The position numbers and the translations under genes are program-made. A DNA stretch of 56,940 nucleotides from Pirellulales bacterium. GTDB taxonomy: Bacteria > Planctomycetota > Planctomycetia > Pirellulales > UBA1268. Of the stretch, positions 7,968-15,441 are shown one piece after another; position 1 is the first letter of the stretch; each line of letters begins with the position of its first letter. The stretch lies in contig JBIIFB010000002.1 in assembly GCA_044237545.1 (NCBI GenBank), positions 1 to 56,940 on the forward strand, in the 5' to 3' direction. Under the pieces are notes generated by a model. That model saw only the letters and a list, made by a program, of their open reading frames with translations, was not told the origin of the DNA and ran no database searches.

Positions 7968-8181
7968 GGGTCAAACCTACGATGCCGCAATGAAATACCC
8001 AGCTAAGGCCTGAGATTTATTGCATGACGCTAAGGGAGTCTGGCGGAAAATGAGTGCAGCCGTCACCATAGACACGTCTTCACTTATGGCTAGGACCACC
8101 ACCAACCAATCTGCAAGCGTCTGATGGATGACGAGCGGTCGATTAGGCGTGGCTCTGGCCACGTCGGACTCCCCATCAGAT

Positions 8182-9063
8182 TCAAAGCAGCCGAAACGGG
8201 GGGGCACCAGGGATCGGCACATGCCGGAATGCGGCCGACGAATCCATTGCTGACTCGCCTCGCGCGATCGCCGCATCGTATTGGGCCGCCACCGTCGGCA
8301 TGACGACCAGCGGACAGCCGTGCTCCGCCGCTTCATCCACCATCAGTCGGACATCCTTCCGGGCCATGCTGACGGTAAATGAAGCTGGCTCAAATGGGCC
8401 TTCGGCCACCTTCGTAAATCTGGCCGGAAAGAAGTCGCCCGGATTGAACTGCTGAAACATTTTCACCGCGTCACTCGGATCGACGCCGGTCGCATCCGCC
8501 AGCCGCACGATGTCGCCCGCCAATGCCGACATTCCCAGAAACGCCAGATTGCCAAAGAGTTTGAACGCCGCCGCCCGCTCCGGCTGCGGCCCGAGCTGGA
8601 ACACCTTGCCGGTCATCCGCTCAAGTTCCGGCAGCACCACCGCACACTGCTCTGGTTCTCCAGACACGAGCATCACGCCAGTGCCCTCCGCCGCATTCAC
8701 CGGACCCATGAACACCGGTGCGTGAAGATACACTCGCCCCCGTGCCGCCCAGCGGCGGGCCCGCTCACCGGTCGCACTCGGCGTGGTCGTCGTGTGGTCG
8801 ATGATCCAGCACGATGCGGGAATGACGTCGGCGAGCGGCTCGAGCACCGCGTCGACCGAAGCGTCGTCAGCCAGAGACAGGTGCACCCGCTCGACTCCAG
8901 TCACCGCGTCGGCGGAGGCGGCAAACGCCTTGGCACCATGGGCCTCGAGCGCCTTCGCCGACGCTGGCGAACGGTTCCACACGTGCACCGTGTGCCCCTG
9001 CGCCAGCAGCCGACGGACGAACCCGCTGCCCATCAACCCGGTGCCGAGAAATGCGATCTTCAT
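8182..9063 (-). CDS. NAD(P)-dependent beta-hydroxyacid dehydrogenase (3-hydroxyisobutyrate / 6-phosphogluconate dehydrogenase NAD-binding family)
   Basis: MKIAFLGTGLMGSGFVRRLL is a GxGxxG Rossmann motif. The HAPVFMGP and KLFGNL segments are typical of the HIBADH-like family. Confidence 0.9.
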   Translation of the reverse strand: MKIAFLGTGLMGSGFVRRLLAQGHTVHVWNRSPASAKALEAHGAKAFAASADAVTGVERVHLSLADDASVDAVLEPLADVIPASCWIIDHTTTTPSATGERARRWAARGRVYLHAPVFMGPVNAAEGTGVMLVSGEPEQCAVVLPELERMTGKVFQLGPQPERAAAFKLFGNLAFLGMSALAGDIVRLADATGVDPSDAVKMFQQFNPGDFFPARFTKVAEGPFEPASFTVSMARKDVRLMVDEAAEHGCPLVVMPTVAAQYDAAIARGESAMDSSAAFRHVPIPGAPPFRLL

Positions 9064-9202
9064 GGGATGACTCCTTGGGATGACATGCTCAAAGGCGAGG
9101 CGGGCCTTCCCACACCAGCCCAGCTATGACGACGTTCGTATCCGACACTGCGACGATCGGCCACGCCGACAGGCTCCGATTCCACGGATGAATCGACCTC
9201 AT

Positions 9203-10483
9203 TCAGTGTCCAGAATTGGCGGCCCCGGAGATGGATGCAACGACAGGCCGAACGCGGCCCGCGAACCAGAGGCTCGTGAGCGTCACTGCGACGGCAAGGA
9301 TGCCAACCGTTCCAAAATGAAGCAGCGGTTCGCCGCTCCCTCCCTCCAAGATCAGCCCACCACATACGGTGCCGAGGCCGCTGGCGATGTGCTGCACCGA
9401 CGAATTGACCGACATGAAGCCACCGCGCCGTCGGGGCTCGATGCTGGCCGTGATCAGTGATACGGAGGACACCAGCCGCCCCGCGTTGCTCGCCATCATC
9501 AGCGCTGCCACCGGGGCCGCCACGGCAAGCCCCACGGACGGCAGGTGCGTGACTACAAGCGTCATCAAAGCCGCCAGCAACACCACGCAACGAAACACGG
9601 GCAGGGCACCATAGCGATCGATGAGCCGGCCCACGAGCGGCGTGCTCACGAACATGAGCAAGCCCCCGGCCACGAAGACGACGGGCAACTGGGCCTCCGT
9701 GACACCCGCGTTGCTCACGTAGGAGGCGCTGATATACGGAATCACGGAAAATGCGCCGAACATCAGGATGGCGGTGAGGGCCAAGGCAGGCAGGTGTGCG
9801 GGATACGTGAGCGTGTCCAGCAACTGGGCCAGGGGACGTCGTCGCGTCCCGCCCAGATGACCGGTCAGCGGCGGCATCATCCACGCGGCCATGCCCAACA
9901 GCGGCAGCCCCAGCGCCGCGAGCGCGAGGAACGGCACGCCCCAGCCGTAGCGGTTGCCCAGCGCGATGCCCATGGGCACGCCCACCACCGACGCCACAGC
10001 GAACGACGACATCAGTAAGCCGGTCGCCCGGCCGCGCCGCTCCTCGGGAAACACGTCCGCCACGATGGCGTACGACAAACCACCCAACACTCCGCCAAAC
10101 GCGCCCGTCAGGCACCGGGCCGCGACCAGCAGCTGGTAATTCGTCGCCAAGCCGCAGGCCAGAGTGCCCAGCAGCAGGCCAGCTGAAAGCGCGATGTAGG
10201 CCGACCTGCGTCCCACGCGGTCGAGCACCCCCGCAGCCGCAAAGCCAGCGCACCCGGCCGCGAACGTGTAGGCCGAGACGACCCAGCTGAACTGCACGGT
10301 ATCGATGCCCAGGGTGTCGAACAGGAGCGGCCCCAGGGGCATCACAATCATAAAATCGACGGTGCTGATGAATTGCATCGCCGCGAGCGTGAACAAGATC
10401 AGCCCCGCGCGGTCCACGCCACTCCCTTCCGGGAAGGCTGGCTCGGCTACGGGGATTGGGGCCACAGTGCTGCTCGCTTTCAC
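9203..10483 (-). CDS. MFS transporter
   Basis: 426 aa and multi-TM. The MFS loop 2-3 signature is GVLDRVGRRSAY. GTG start. The overlapping 562-aa ORF 9060-10748 is an alternate-frame shadow. Confidence 0.9.
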   Translation of the reverse strand: MKASSTVAPIPVAEPAFPEGSGVDRAGLILFTLAAMQFISTVDFMIVMPLGPLLFDTLGIDTVQFSWVVSAYTFAAGCAGFAAAGVLDRVGRRSAYIALSAGLLLGTLACGLATNYQLLVAARCLTGAFGGVLGGLSYAIVADVFPEERRGRATGLLMSSFAVASVVGVPMGIALGNRYGWGVPFLALAALGLPLLGMAAWMMPPLTGHLGGTRRRPLAQLLDTLTYPAHLPALALTAILMFGAFSVIPYISASYVSNAGVTEAQLPVVFVAGGLLMFVSTPLVGRLIDRYGALPVFRCVVLLAALMTLVVTHLPSVGLAVAAPVAALMMASNAGRLVSSVSLITASIEPRRRGGFMSVNSSVQHIASGLGTVCGGLILEGGSGEPLLHFGTVGILAVAVTLTSLWFAGRVRPVVASISGAANSGH

Positions 10484-10625
10484 CGCGGGGGCGCCGCGGG
10501 AATCTGCGGTATCTTCGCCCTGCCGGCCGAAGGGAGACTAGCAGCTCCCGCACATCGCCCTCAACACCATCGCGGACTCTGGTAAAAAGTAAAGTATTGT
10601 CTTCGCACGCGAAACAGGACCACCC

Positions 10626-12164
10626 ATGACGTTGGCTACCATGCTCGACGATGCGGCGGCGAGATCGCCGCACGCCGTCGCGATCCACACCTCCGCCGGG
10701 TCGCTTTCGTATGCCGATCTCGCCGATCGCGTCGCGCGGGTCGCCCACGGCTTCGTGTCGCTGGGACTGACCTGCCAGGATCGCGTGGCGTTCCTGCTGC
10801 CCAACGGCGTGGAACTGGCGATCTCGATCCTGGCCGCCGCGAAGGCCGGCCTCATCGCCGTGCCGCTATCTCCCACGTTCGCCCCGCCGCAGTTGGAGTA
10901 TATCCTCAAGCACAGCGGCGCCCGCATGCTCGTCACGTCGTCGGCATTACTCGGTGCCGTGACAGCGGAGGCCCGTGATCAACTCGACGTTGTTGTGCTC
11001 TGCGGCGTCGTCCCGGACGAGCCGCCTGCGGGCACTGTGCCGTTTGGGCAGCTGCTCGCCGGCCCCGCCGCGACGCCCGCCACGTCCCGGGGACTGGCGT
11101 CGGATCCGATTGGGCTGTTGGTCTACACGTCAGGGACCACGTCGCGGCCCAAGGGTGTGGCCCACACCCAGGGTCGGATGACTCACCGCGTGCGGCTGTT
11201 CATCAACGAACTGACGCTTACGGCCGACGACAACACGCTGGCGTGCGTGAGCATCGGCCGGCCGGTGTTCATGCTCAGCAAGCTGATGCCGATGCTCTGT
11301 GTCGGGGGAAGCATCACGCTCCTGGACCGCCACGACGCGGGGTCGTTTTGGCAGGCCTACACGGTCTCGCGGCCCACGTATCTGCTCACGCCTCCCAGCC
11401 TGACGCGCGACCTTCTTGAGCACGCCTCGGCGCGGGCGGCCGATTTCAGCCAACTGCGATACTGGATCGTGGGTGGTGACACATGCCCGGCTGCAGTCCA
11501 TGCGATGATGGCGGATGTGGTGCGCAAGCCGTTGCTCGAAATCTGCGGCATGACGGAGACGGGCTTTTATTGCATCAGCCCGCCGCACGGCCCTTCCAAG
11601 CCGGGGTCGATCGGGCAGGCGATGATGGGCGTCGCGGTCCGGGTGGTGACCGAGAGCGGCGCGGACGCGGCTCCGGGCGAGGTGGGACGGGTTCTCGTGC
11701 GCACCCCCGACATGATGGTCGGCTACTGGAACGACACGCTGGCCACGCATCGGATGCTCAGGTCGGGCTGGCTCGACACCGAGGACCTGGCCTCGACCGA
11801 CGAAGATGGCTTCCTCTGGTTCGCGGGCAGGCAGAAGGACATGATCTCGCGCGGGGGGTTCAAGGTTGCCCCGGCGATGGTGCAGGAGGCGATCCTCGCG
11901 CATCCCGGCGTGGCGACCGCCGCGGTGGTAGGGGCCTCGGATGAGCGCGAGGGCCAGGTCCCCGTAGCGTTCTACGAACTCCGCCCAACCGCCGTCGATC
12001 CCGGGGCGGAGGCCTTGGCCGCCTGGGCCGCCGCCCGCCTAGAACCGCTTTCGGTACCCGTCAGCTTTTTTCGCGTCGACCACTGGCCACTCACAGCCCA
12101 GGGCAAACTCGACCGCGCCCGGTTGGTGTGGATGGCCGACTTCGGCGACGGCCGGGATCTCTAA
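10626..12164 (+). CDS. AMP-dependent synthetase/ligase (acyl-CoA synthetase family)
   Basis: The AMP-binding motif is YTSGTTSRPKGV. Also present are GWLDTEDL, ISRGGFKV and the C-terminal GKLDRARL lysine motif. The gene is divergent from the MFS gene across a 142-bp spacer. Confidence 0.9.
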   Translation: MTLATMLDDAAARSPHAVAIHTSAGSLSYADLADRVARVAHGFVSLGLTCQDRVAFLLPNGVELAISILAAAKAGLIAVPLSPTFAPPQLEYILKHSGARMLVTSSALLGAVTAEARDQLDVVVLCGVVPDEPPAGTVPFGQLLAGPAATPATSRGLASDPIGLLVYTSGTTSRPKGVAHTQGRMTHRVRLFINELTLTADDNTLACVSIGRPVFMLSKLMPMLCVGGSITLLDRHDAGSFWQAYTVSRPTYLLTPPSLTRDLLEHASARAADFSQLRYWIVGGDTCPAAVHAMMADVVRKPLLEICGMTETGFYCISPPHGPSKPGSIGQAMMGVAVRVVTESGADAAPGEVGRVLVRTPDMMVGYWNDTLATHRMLRSGWLDTEDLASTDEDGFLWFAGRQKDMISRGGFKVAPAMVQEAILAHPGVATAAVVGASDEREGQVPVAFYELRPTAVDPGAEALAAWAAARLEPLSVPVSFFRVDHWPLTAQGKLDRARLVWMADFGDGRDL

Positions 12165-12201
12165 GACCGAAGGCTTGTCGCGACCCTGTGACCGGCTTCA
12201 T

Positions 12202-12223
12202 GATCGCCGTCGGCAAGGCGATC
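12202..12223. terminator. hairpin between convergent genes (candidate bidirectional terminator)
   Basis: gatcgcc (12202-12208) and ggcgatc (12217-12223) form a perfect 7-bp stem with an 8-nt loop. The hairpin lies between the stops at 12164 (+) and 12236 (-). There is no U-tract. Confidence 0.25.
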
Positions 12224-12235
12224 CGGGCAGAGCGA

Positions 12236-12820
12236 TCAAGGCGTTGCTCCAGGGGTGATTTTCACCCATTCGACTTCCAGCTTAAATGGCCCGGGCTTCT
12301 TGTCGCTGAGCATGAAGCCGAGGCTGTTGATCTGGTCCGGCTCTACCGGCCCCATGCCTTGAACCCGCCTGCCGAAAGCCGTGGGGATGAACTCGTCCAG
12401 CGGCACCTTCACCTCTGTCCACTCGTCTTTCGTGGTCGGCAGCGGGGCCCGATATGAAAAAGCCATCCGGCGGCTCTTCGTGTAAAGATTCAGGACGTAC
12501 TCCCGGCCATCGCCTTTCACTCGGACGACCATCGTGTCCCCGGCCTTGATCTCGAGGTCTGTGGGCTTGGTCCGGACCGAAGCGAAGCCGCCGTTATTCT
12601 CCAGCGAGAGCCGCCCGGAGAACTCCATGGTCCTGTCGGCGGTGATTCTGAACTGGCCATCCGATACCCCACCCATCACACCATCGTTCACGGCCTGCCA
12701 CTTCTGGGCCGCATCGGGGCCGGCGAAGTCCACGAGGGGCTGGGGGGGTTGGAGAGGCTTTTCGACCGCGACCTGACCGCAGAGAGCCAAAAGCAGCACG
12801 ACTTCGTGGAGAGCGATCAA
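12236..12820 (-). CDS. CIA30 (complex I intermediate-associated protein 30) family protein, secreted or periplasmic
   Basis: WQAVNDGVMGGVSDGQFRI...FSGRLSLENNGGFASVR is the CIA30 signature. The N-terminus is hydrophobic. The start is uncertain (TTG at 12820). Confidence 0.8.
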   Translation of the reverse strand: MIALHEVVLLLALCGQVAVEKPLQPPQPLVDFAGPDAAQKWQAVNDGVMGGVSDGQFRITADRTMEFSGRLSLENNGGFASVRTKPTDLEIKAGDTMVVRVKGDGREYVLNLYTKSRRMAFSYRAPLPTTKDEWTEVKVPLDEFIPTAFGRRVQGMGPVEPDQINSLGFMLSDKKPGPFKLEVEWVKITPGATP

Positions 12821-12843
12821 ATGAATGTCCTCAATGGTTTAGG

Positions 12844-13257
12844 TCAGCCCGAAGCACGATTCATCAACGTGATAGAGAGCTGTAGCACCGTAGCGATCGA
12901 CACCCAGACGAAATAGGGAACTTGGGCGGCGGCCACCCAGCGAGAGTGTGGCCAGACGGCCAGCATCATCCAGAGTATCGTGCCCCAGACGACGAGAATG
13001 TCAGCCGCCGCCAGTGGCAGATTCCGCATGCCAAACTGGATCGGTGTGAAGATCAGATTCGCCACGAGGTTGATGGCGAAGGGTAGGGCGACGAGAAGCG
13101 GAAGCCTGCCTCTCGCCGCCTGCACGAACACAAAGCCAAAGGTCGCGATGATGATGGGGTAGAGGATCTGCCAGATAAGGCCGATCGTCCGCGGAGCAGG
13201 CGTCCATGACGGCTTGGCGAGGCTCTCATACCAGTCGATCCACGGAACGTCGGGCAT
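12844..13257 (-). CDS. tspO: TspO/MBR family tryptophan-rich sensory protein
   Basis: 137 aa, five-TM type, Trp-rich. YESLAKPSWTPAPRTIGLIWQILYPII and ...AAQVPYFVWVSIATVL are typical TspO segments. The gene lies 23 bp upstream of CIA30 on the same strand. Confidence 0.85.
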   Translation of the reverse strand: MPDVPWIDWYESLAKPSWTPAPRTIGLIWQILYPIIIATFGFVFVQAARGRLPLLVALPFAINLVANLIFTPIQFGMRNLPLAAADILVVWGTILWMMLAVWPHSRWVAAAQVPYFVWVSIATVLQLSITLMNRASG

Positions 13258-13273
13258 GGGAGCCAGTTTCTAT

Positions 13274-13334
13274 CCAGAGTTCAACAGCCCAGATTTCAAT
13301 AGCCCAGAGTTCAACAGTCTAGAGGTTCAACAGG
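13274..13334. repeat. four tandem 15-bp repeats upstream of tspO
   Basis: The units are ccagagttcaacagc / ccagatttcaatagc / ccagagttcaacagt / ctagaggttcaacag(g). They fill the gap between the FmdB stop (13348) and the tspO start (13257). Confidence 0.85.
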
Positions 13335-13347
13335 AGTTGTCGTGGGA

Positions 13348-13569
13348 TTACCCGAGCCCCGCGCAGCCGCCCATGCCGCACTGCGGACGATCACAACCGG
13401 CCGGGGCTCCTGAATCCCCGCCGTCGTTTGCAACGTGGCCGCTGACGACGCTCAAGAGCTTGGTGAGCTTCTTGCTATGGCAGTGTGGGCACTCAGGCTT
13501 CTCGTCCCCACGCACGAGCACTTCAATTCTCTGGCTGCACTTCTGGCAGGAATATTCGTACAGAGGCAT
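13348..13569 (-). CDS. FmdB-family CxxC zinc-ribbon regulatory protein
   Basis: MPLYEYSCQKCSQRIEVLVRGDEKPECPHCHSKKLTKLLS has two CxxC knuckles, followed by a Cys/Gly-rich tail. The ATG at 13569 has GGGAG upstream. The ORF-track start at 13578 is TTG. Confidence 0.8.
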   Translation of the reverse strand: MPLYEYSCQKCSQRIEVLVRGDEKPECPHCHSKKLTKLLSVVSGHVANDGGDSGAPAGCDRPQCGMGGCAGLG

Positions 13570-13697
13570 CGGCTTCAACTCCCGCTTTCACTTCATTGGC
13601 GAAATAGAACTTACACGGTCCCGTTCGCGGCCGATAAGAGCTGCGCTCCCTTTCGGCCGGCCTCGTCTCCACTGCCAGACTCTGTCACACTTCGTCC

Positions 13698-13928
13698 ATG
13701 AGTTTACCCCACGACGATTTCGACAGGCTGGAACGGTTGCTCTACCACCCAGTTTCCACACGACCAGATTGGCTCAAGGCGTGGCGCAACGAGGCACAAT
13801 ACCTACTCTATCTTGCCCGCCGCGCGGTCGATGCCGACGACGAGGAACTCCTCCAGGAACTCGAGGAACAGGCCCGCGACACGGCGGACGTCGTAGAAGC
13901 CAGGCTGCGAAGCGACGGGCTTCTGTAG
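13698..13928 (+). CDS. hypothetical protein (acidic, helical)
   Basis: 76-aa ATG ORF with reasonable third-position GC. I recognise no family. Confidence 0.4.
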   Translation: MSLPHDDFDRLERLLYHPVSTRPDWLKAWRNEAQYLLYLARRAVDADDEELLQELEEQARDTADVVEARLRSDGLL

Positions 13929-14027
13929 CGGAGCCGCGTTGGACACCCGCCGGAAGCGGTCATCCGCACTCACGCTTCGTTGTGCCGAGTTCTGCGTGGT
14001 ATTGGATTACGCCGACCGGGCCTCACC

Positions 14028-14246
14028 TCACTCTGAGCCCAGGATCGCGAACCGCGGCAACGTCCTGCCTTCAAATACCACGGTCTCGGCGAACATGGCC
14101 GCGGGCCGCACCCAGAGCCCGTTGTCCCCATACTCTTGCCGGTACACGACGTGTTCCTCGAGCGTTTCGCTGTGGCGGGCAACACCGAGCACCGTGTACT
14201 CGTTGCCCTTGTAGTGGCGGTAACGCCCCGGCTGAATGTGTGGCAT
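14028..14246 (-). CDS. DUF1653 domain protein
   Basis: The internal ATG at 14246 gives MPHIQPGRYRHYKGNEYTVLGVARHSETLEEHVVYRQEYGDNGLWVRPAAMF. This is the DUF1653 pattern (YRHYKG..Y.V...A.HSET.E..VVY). Confidence 0.8.
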   Translation of the reverse strand: MPHIQPGRYRHYKGNEYTVLGVARHSETLEEHVVYRQEYGDNGLWVRPAAMFAETVVFEGRTLPRFAILGSE

Positions 14247-14409
14247 GGTGTGCCTTCCTCCGATAATGAAGCCAGTATGGTCTCGCATTCGTGCGACGAG
14301 CCTGCGCGAACTCTAGCGTGCCAGCACCCTCGAACCATACCCGGTGCAGCGTCATTCTCATACGGATCGCAGGTGATCCGGTCACGCTCCGGGCATCCGG
14401 CAACGCGGT

Positions 14410-14700
14410 ATCCCATCGCTCACGCTCCGGGCTTGTATGACCCCTCCCCATAAAAGCCCTCGGCGTAAGCCGGGGGATCGGCAGTACCGAACAAGGCATC
14501 CCATCGCTCACGCTCCGGGCTTGTATGACCCCTCCCCATAAAAGCCCTCGGCGTAAGCCGGGGGATCGGCAGTACCGAACAAGGCATCCCATCGCTCACG
14601 CTCCGGGCTTGTATGACCCCTCCCCATAAAAGCCCTCGGCGTAAGCCGGGGGATCGGAAGCACCGAACAGGGCATCCCATCGCTTACGCTCCGGGCTTGT
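14410..14700. repeat. tandem array of 88-bp units, 3.3 copies (repeat family A)
   Basis: The period is exactly 88 bp (unit starts at 14410, 14498, 14586, 14674). Copies 1 and 2 are identical, copy 3 has 3 substitutions, and copy 4 is truncated after 27 nt. Each unit carries two imperfectly complementary arms of about 25 nt. Confidence 0.95.
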
Positions 14701-14760
14701 CCGTCCAACACGCCGCGGATCTCCGGCGGCGCACTCTCGAGACCGGGTCACTTGGGCTTG

Positions 14761-15147
14761 TCACTTGGGCTTAATGATTCCGACCAGGTCACCGATCGTC
14801 CGATGGGCTTCGATGGGGTGCCGAAGTGACTGGCTCGCCCTGACGAGGTAGTGATTCTGCCGGCCCACCCGCTCCCGCTCAATGAAGTCCGCCGCCTCGA
14901 GGTCGGCGATGATTCGCTGAACAGCCCGTTCAGTGATTCCCACCCGCCTCGCCACCTCCCGCAGCACAATCGAAGGATGCTGCGACAACAGGATCAAAAC
15001 GTGGGAATGGTTGGTCAGAAACGTCCAACGCCCCACCCCGGCTGACCGTGCTGGAACAACCGCTGGCGGTGGCTCCGCGTTTGACCCGCCCGTCTCAGAG
15101 CGAGATCGGGACGAGGGTCGGCCCGGCTTGCGGTTGACTTTCTTCAT
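14761..15147 (-). CDS. winged helix-turn-helix transcriptional regulator (MarR/ArsR-like) with basic disordered N-terminus
   Basis: [60 protein letters not shown] is a wHTH core. The gene is divergent from the dab operon. Confidence 0.75.
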   Translation of the reverse strand: MKKVNRKPGRPSSRSRSETGGSNAEPPPAVVPARSAGVGRWTFLTNHSHVLILLSQHPSIVLREVARRVGITERAVQRIIADLEAADFIERERVGRQNHYLVRASQSLRHPIEAHRTIGDLVGIIKPK

Positions 15148-15356
15148 TCTGGTGGCTGCCCTGCTTCAGTGAGCTCCGCGAGCGGGAAGCCCCGCATCAT
15201 AGCAGGCAACAGCCCCAGCCTTCCTAAGGTGCCTTACAAGCTCTTCAGGCAGCCTGCCCTCTGCATTTTCACACCCGGAGGACGAAACGCCCTCGATCCA
15301 TCGGGGGAATCGACTGAAGCCAGCGGCAGCCGCAAGCCGAAATAGGCGATCTAGTA

Positions 15357-15385
15357 TTGACGACATTCCTGTCGTGGTTTATAAT
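15357..15385 (+). promoter_or_regulatory. sigma70-like promoter for dabB-dabA
   Basis: TTGACG (15357-15362), an exact 17-nt spacer, then TATAAT (15380-15385). The promoter lies 57 nt upstream of the dabB ATG. GAAGGA sits about 8 nt before that ATG. A near-consensus AT-rich hexamer pair is conspicuous in this GC-rich DNA. Confidence 0.5.
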
Positions 15386-15441
15386 TCGCTACACAGGCAC
15401 CGCGTGATCCCGACCACGGCACGTTCAAGAAGGAACCCCCG

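Noticed and set aside
9060-10748. 562-aa ORF overlapping the MFS transporter gene in another frame of the same strand
   Set aside because: The product is Arg/Gly/Pro/Ala-rich low-complexity sequence with no motifs. It is fully overlapped by ORFs with clear family signatures (MFS, acyl-CoA synthetase start region). This is typical of shadow ORFs in high-GC DNA.
13214-14266. 350-aa + strand ORF spanning the tspO-DUF1653 interval
   Set aside because: It crosses three independently supported genes and a tandem repeat. The product is Pro/Arg/Ser-rich with no motif.
14410-14700. Possible CRISPR array (regular repeats in an intergenic region)
   Set aside because: The whole 88-bp unit repeats head-to-tail with no unique spacers. 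No cas genes are in the window, and the 50.6-kb array has the same structure. These are tandem repeats, not repeat-spacer arrays.
14748-14773. 13-bp near-perfect tandem duplication tcacttgggcttg / tcacttgggctta over the wHTH regulator stop codon
   Set aside because: It is real in the sequence. The only consequence I can see is a duplicated stop context, and there is no independent functional signal. I note it only as another example of short duplications at gene ends.
15166-15366. 66-aa minus-strand ORF between the wHTH regulator and dabB
   Set aside because: Third-codon positions are noticeably AT-richer than in real genes of this window. There is no SD, and the ORF start overlaps the predicted dab promoter. 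It is more likely non-coding leader or promoter DNA.
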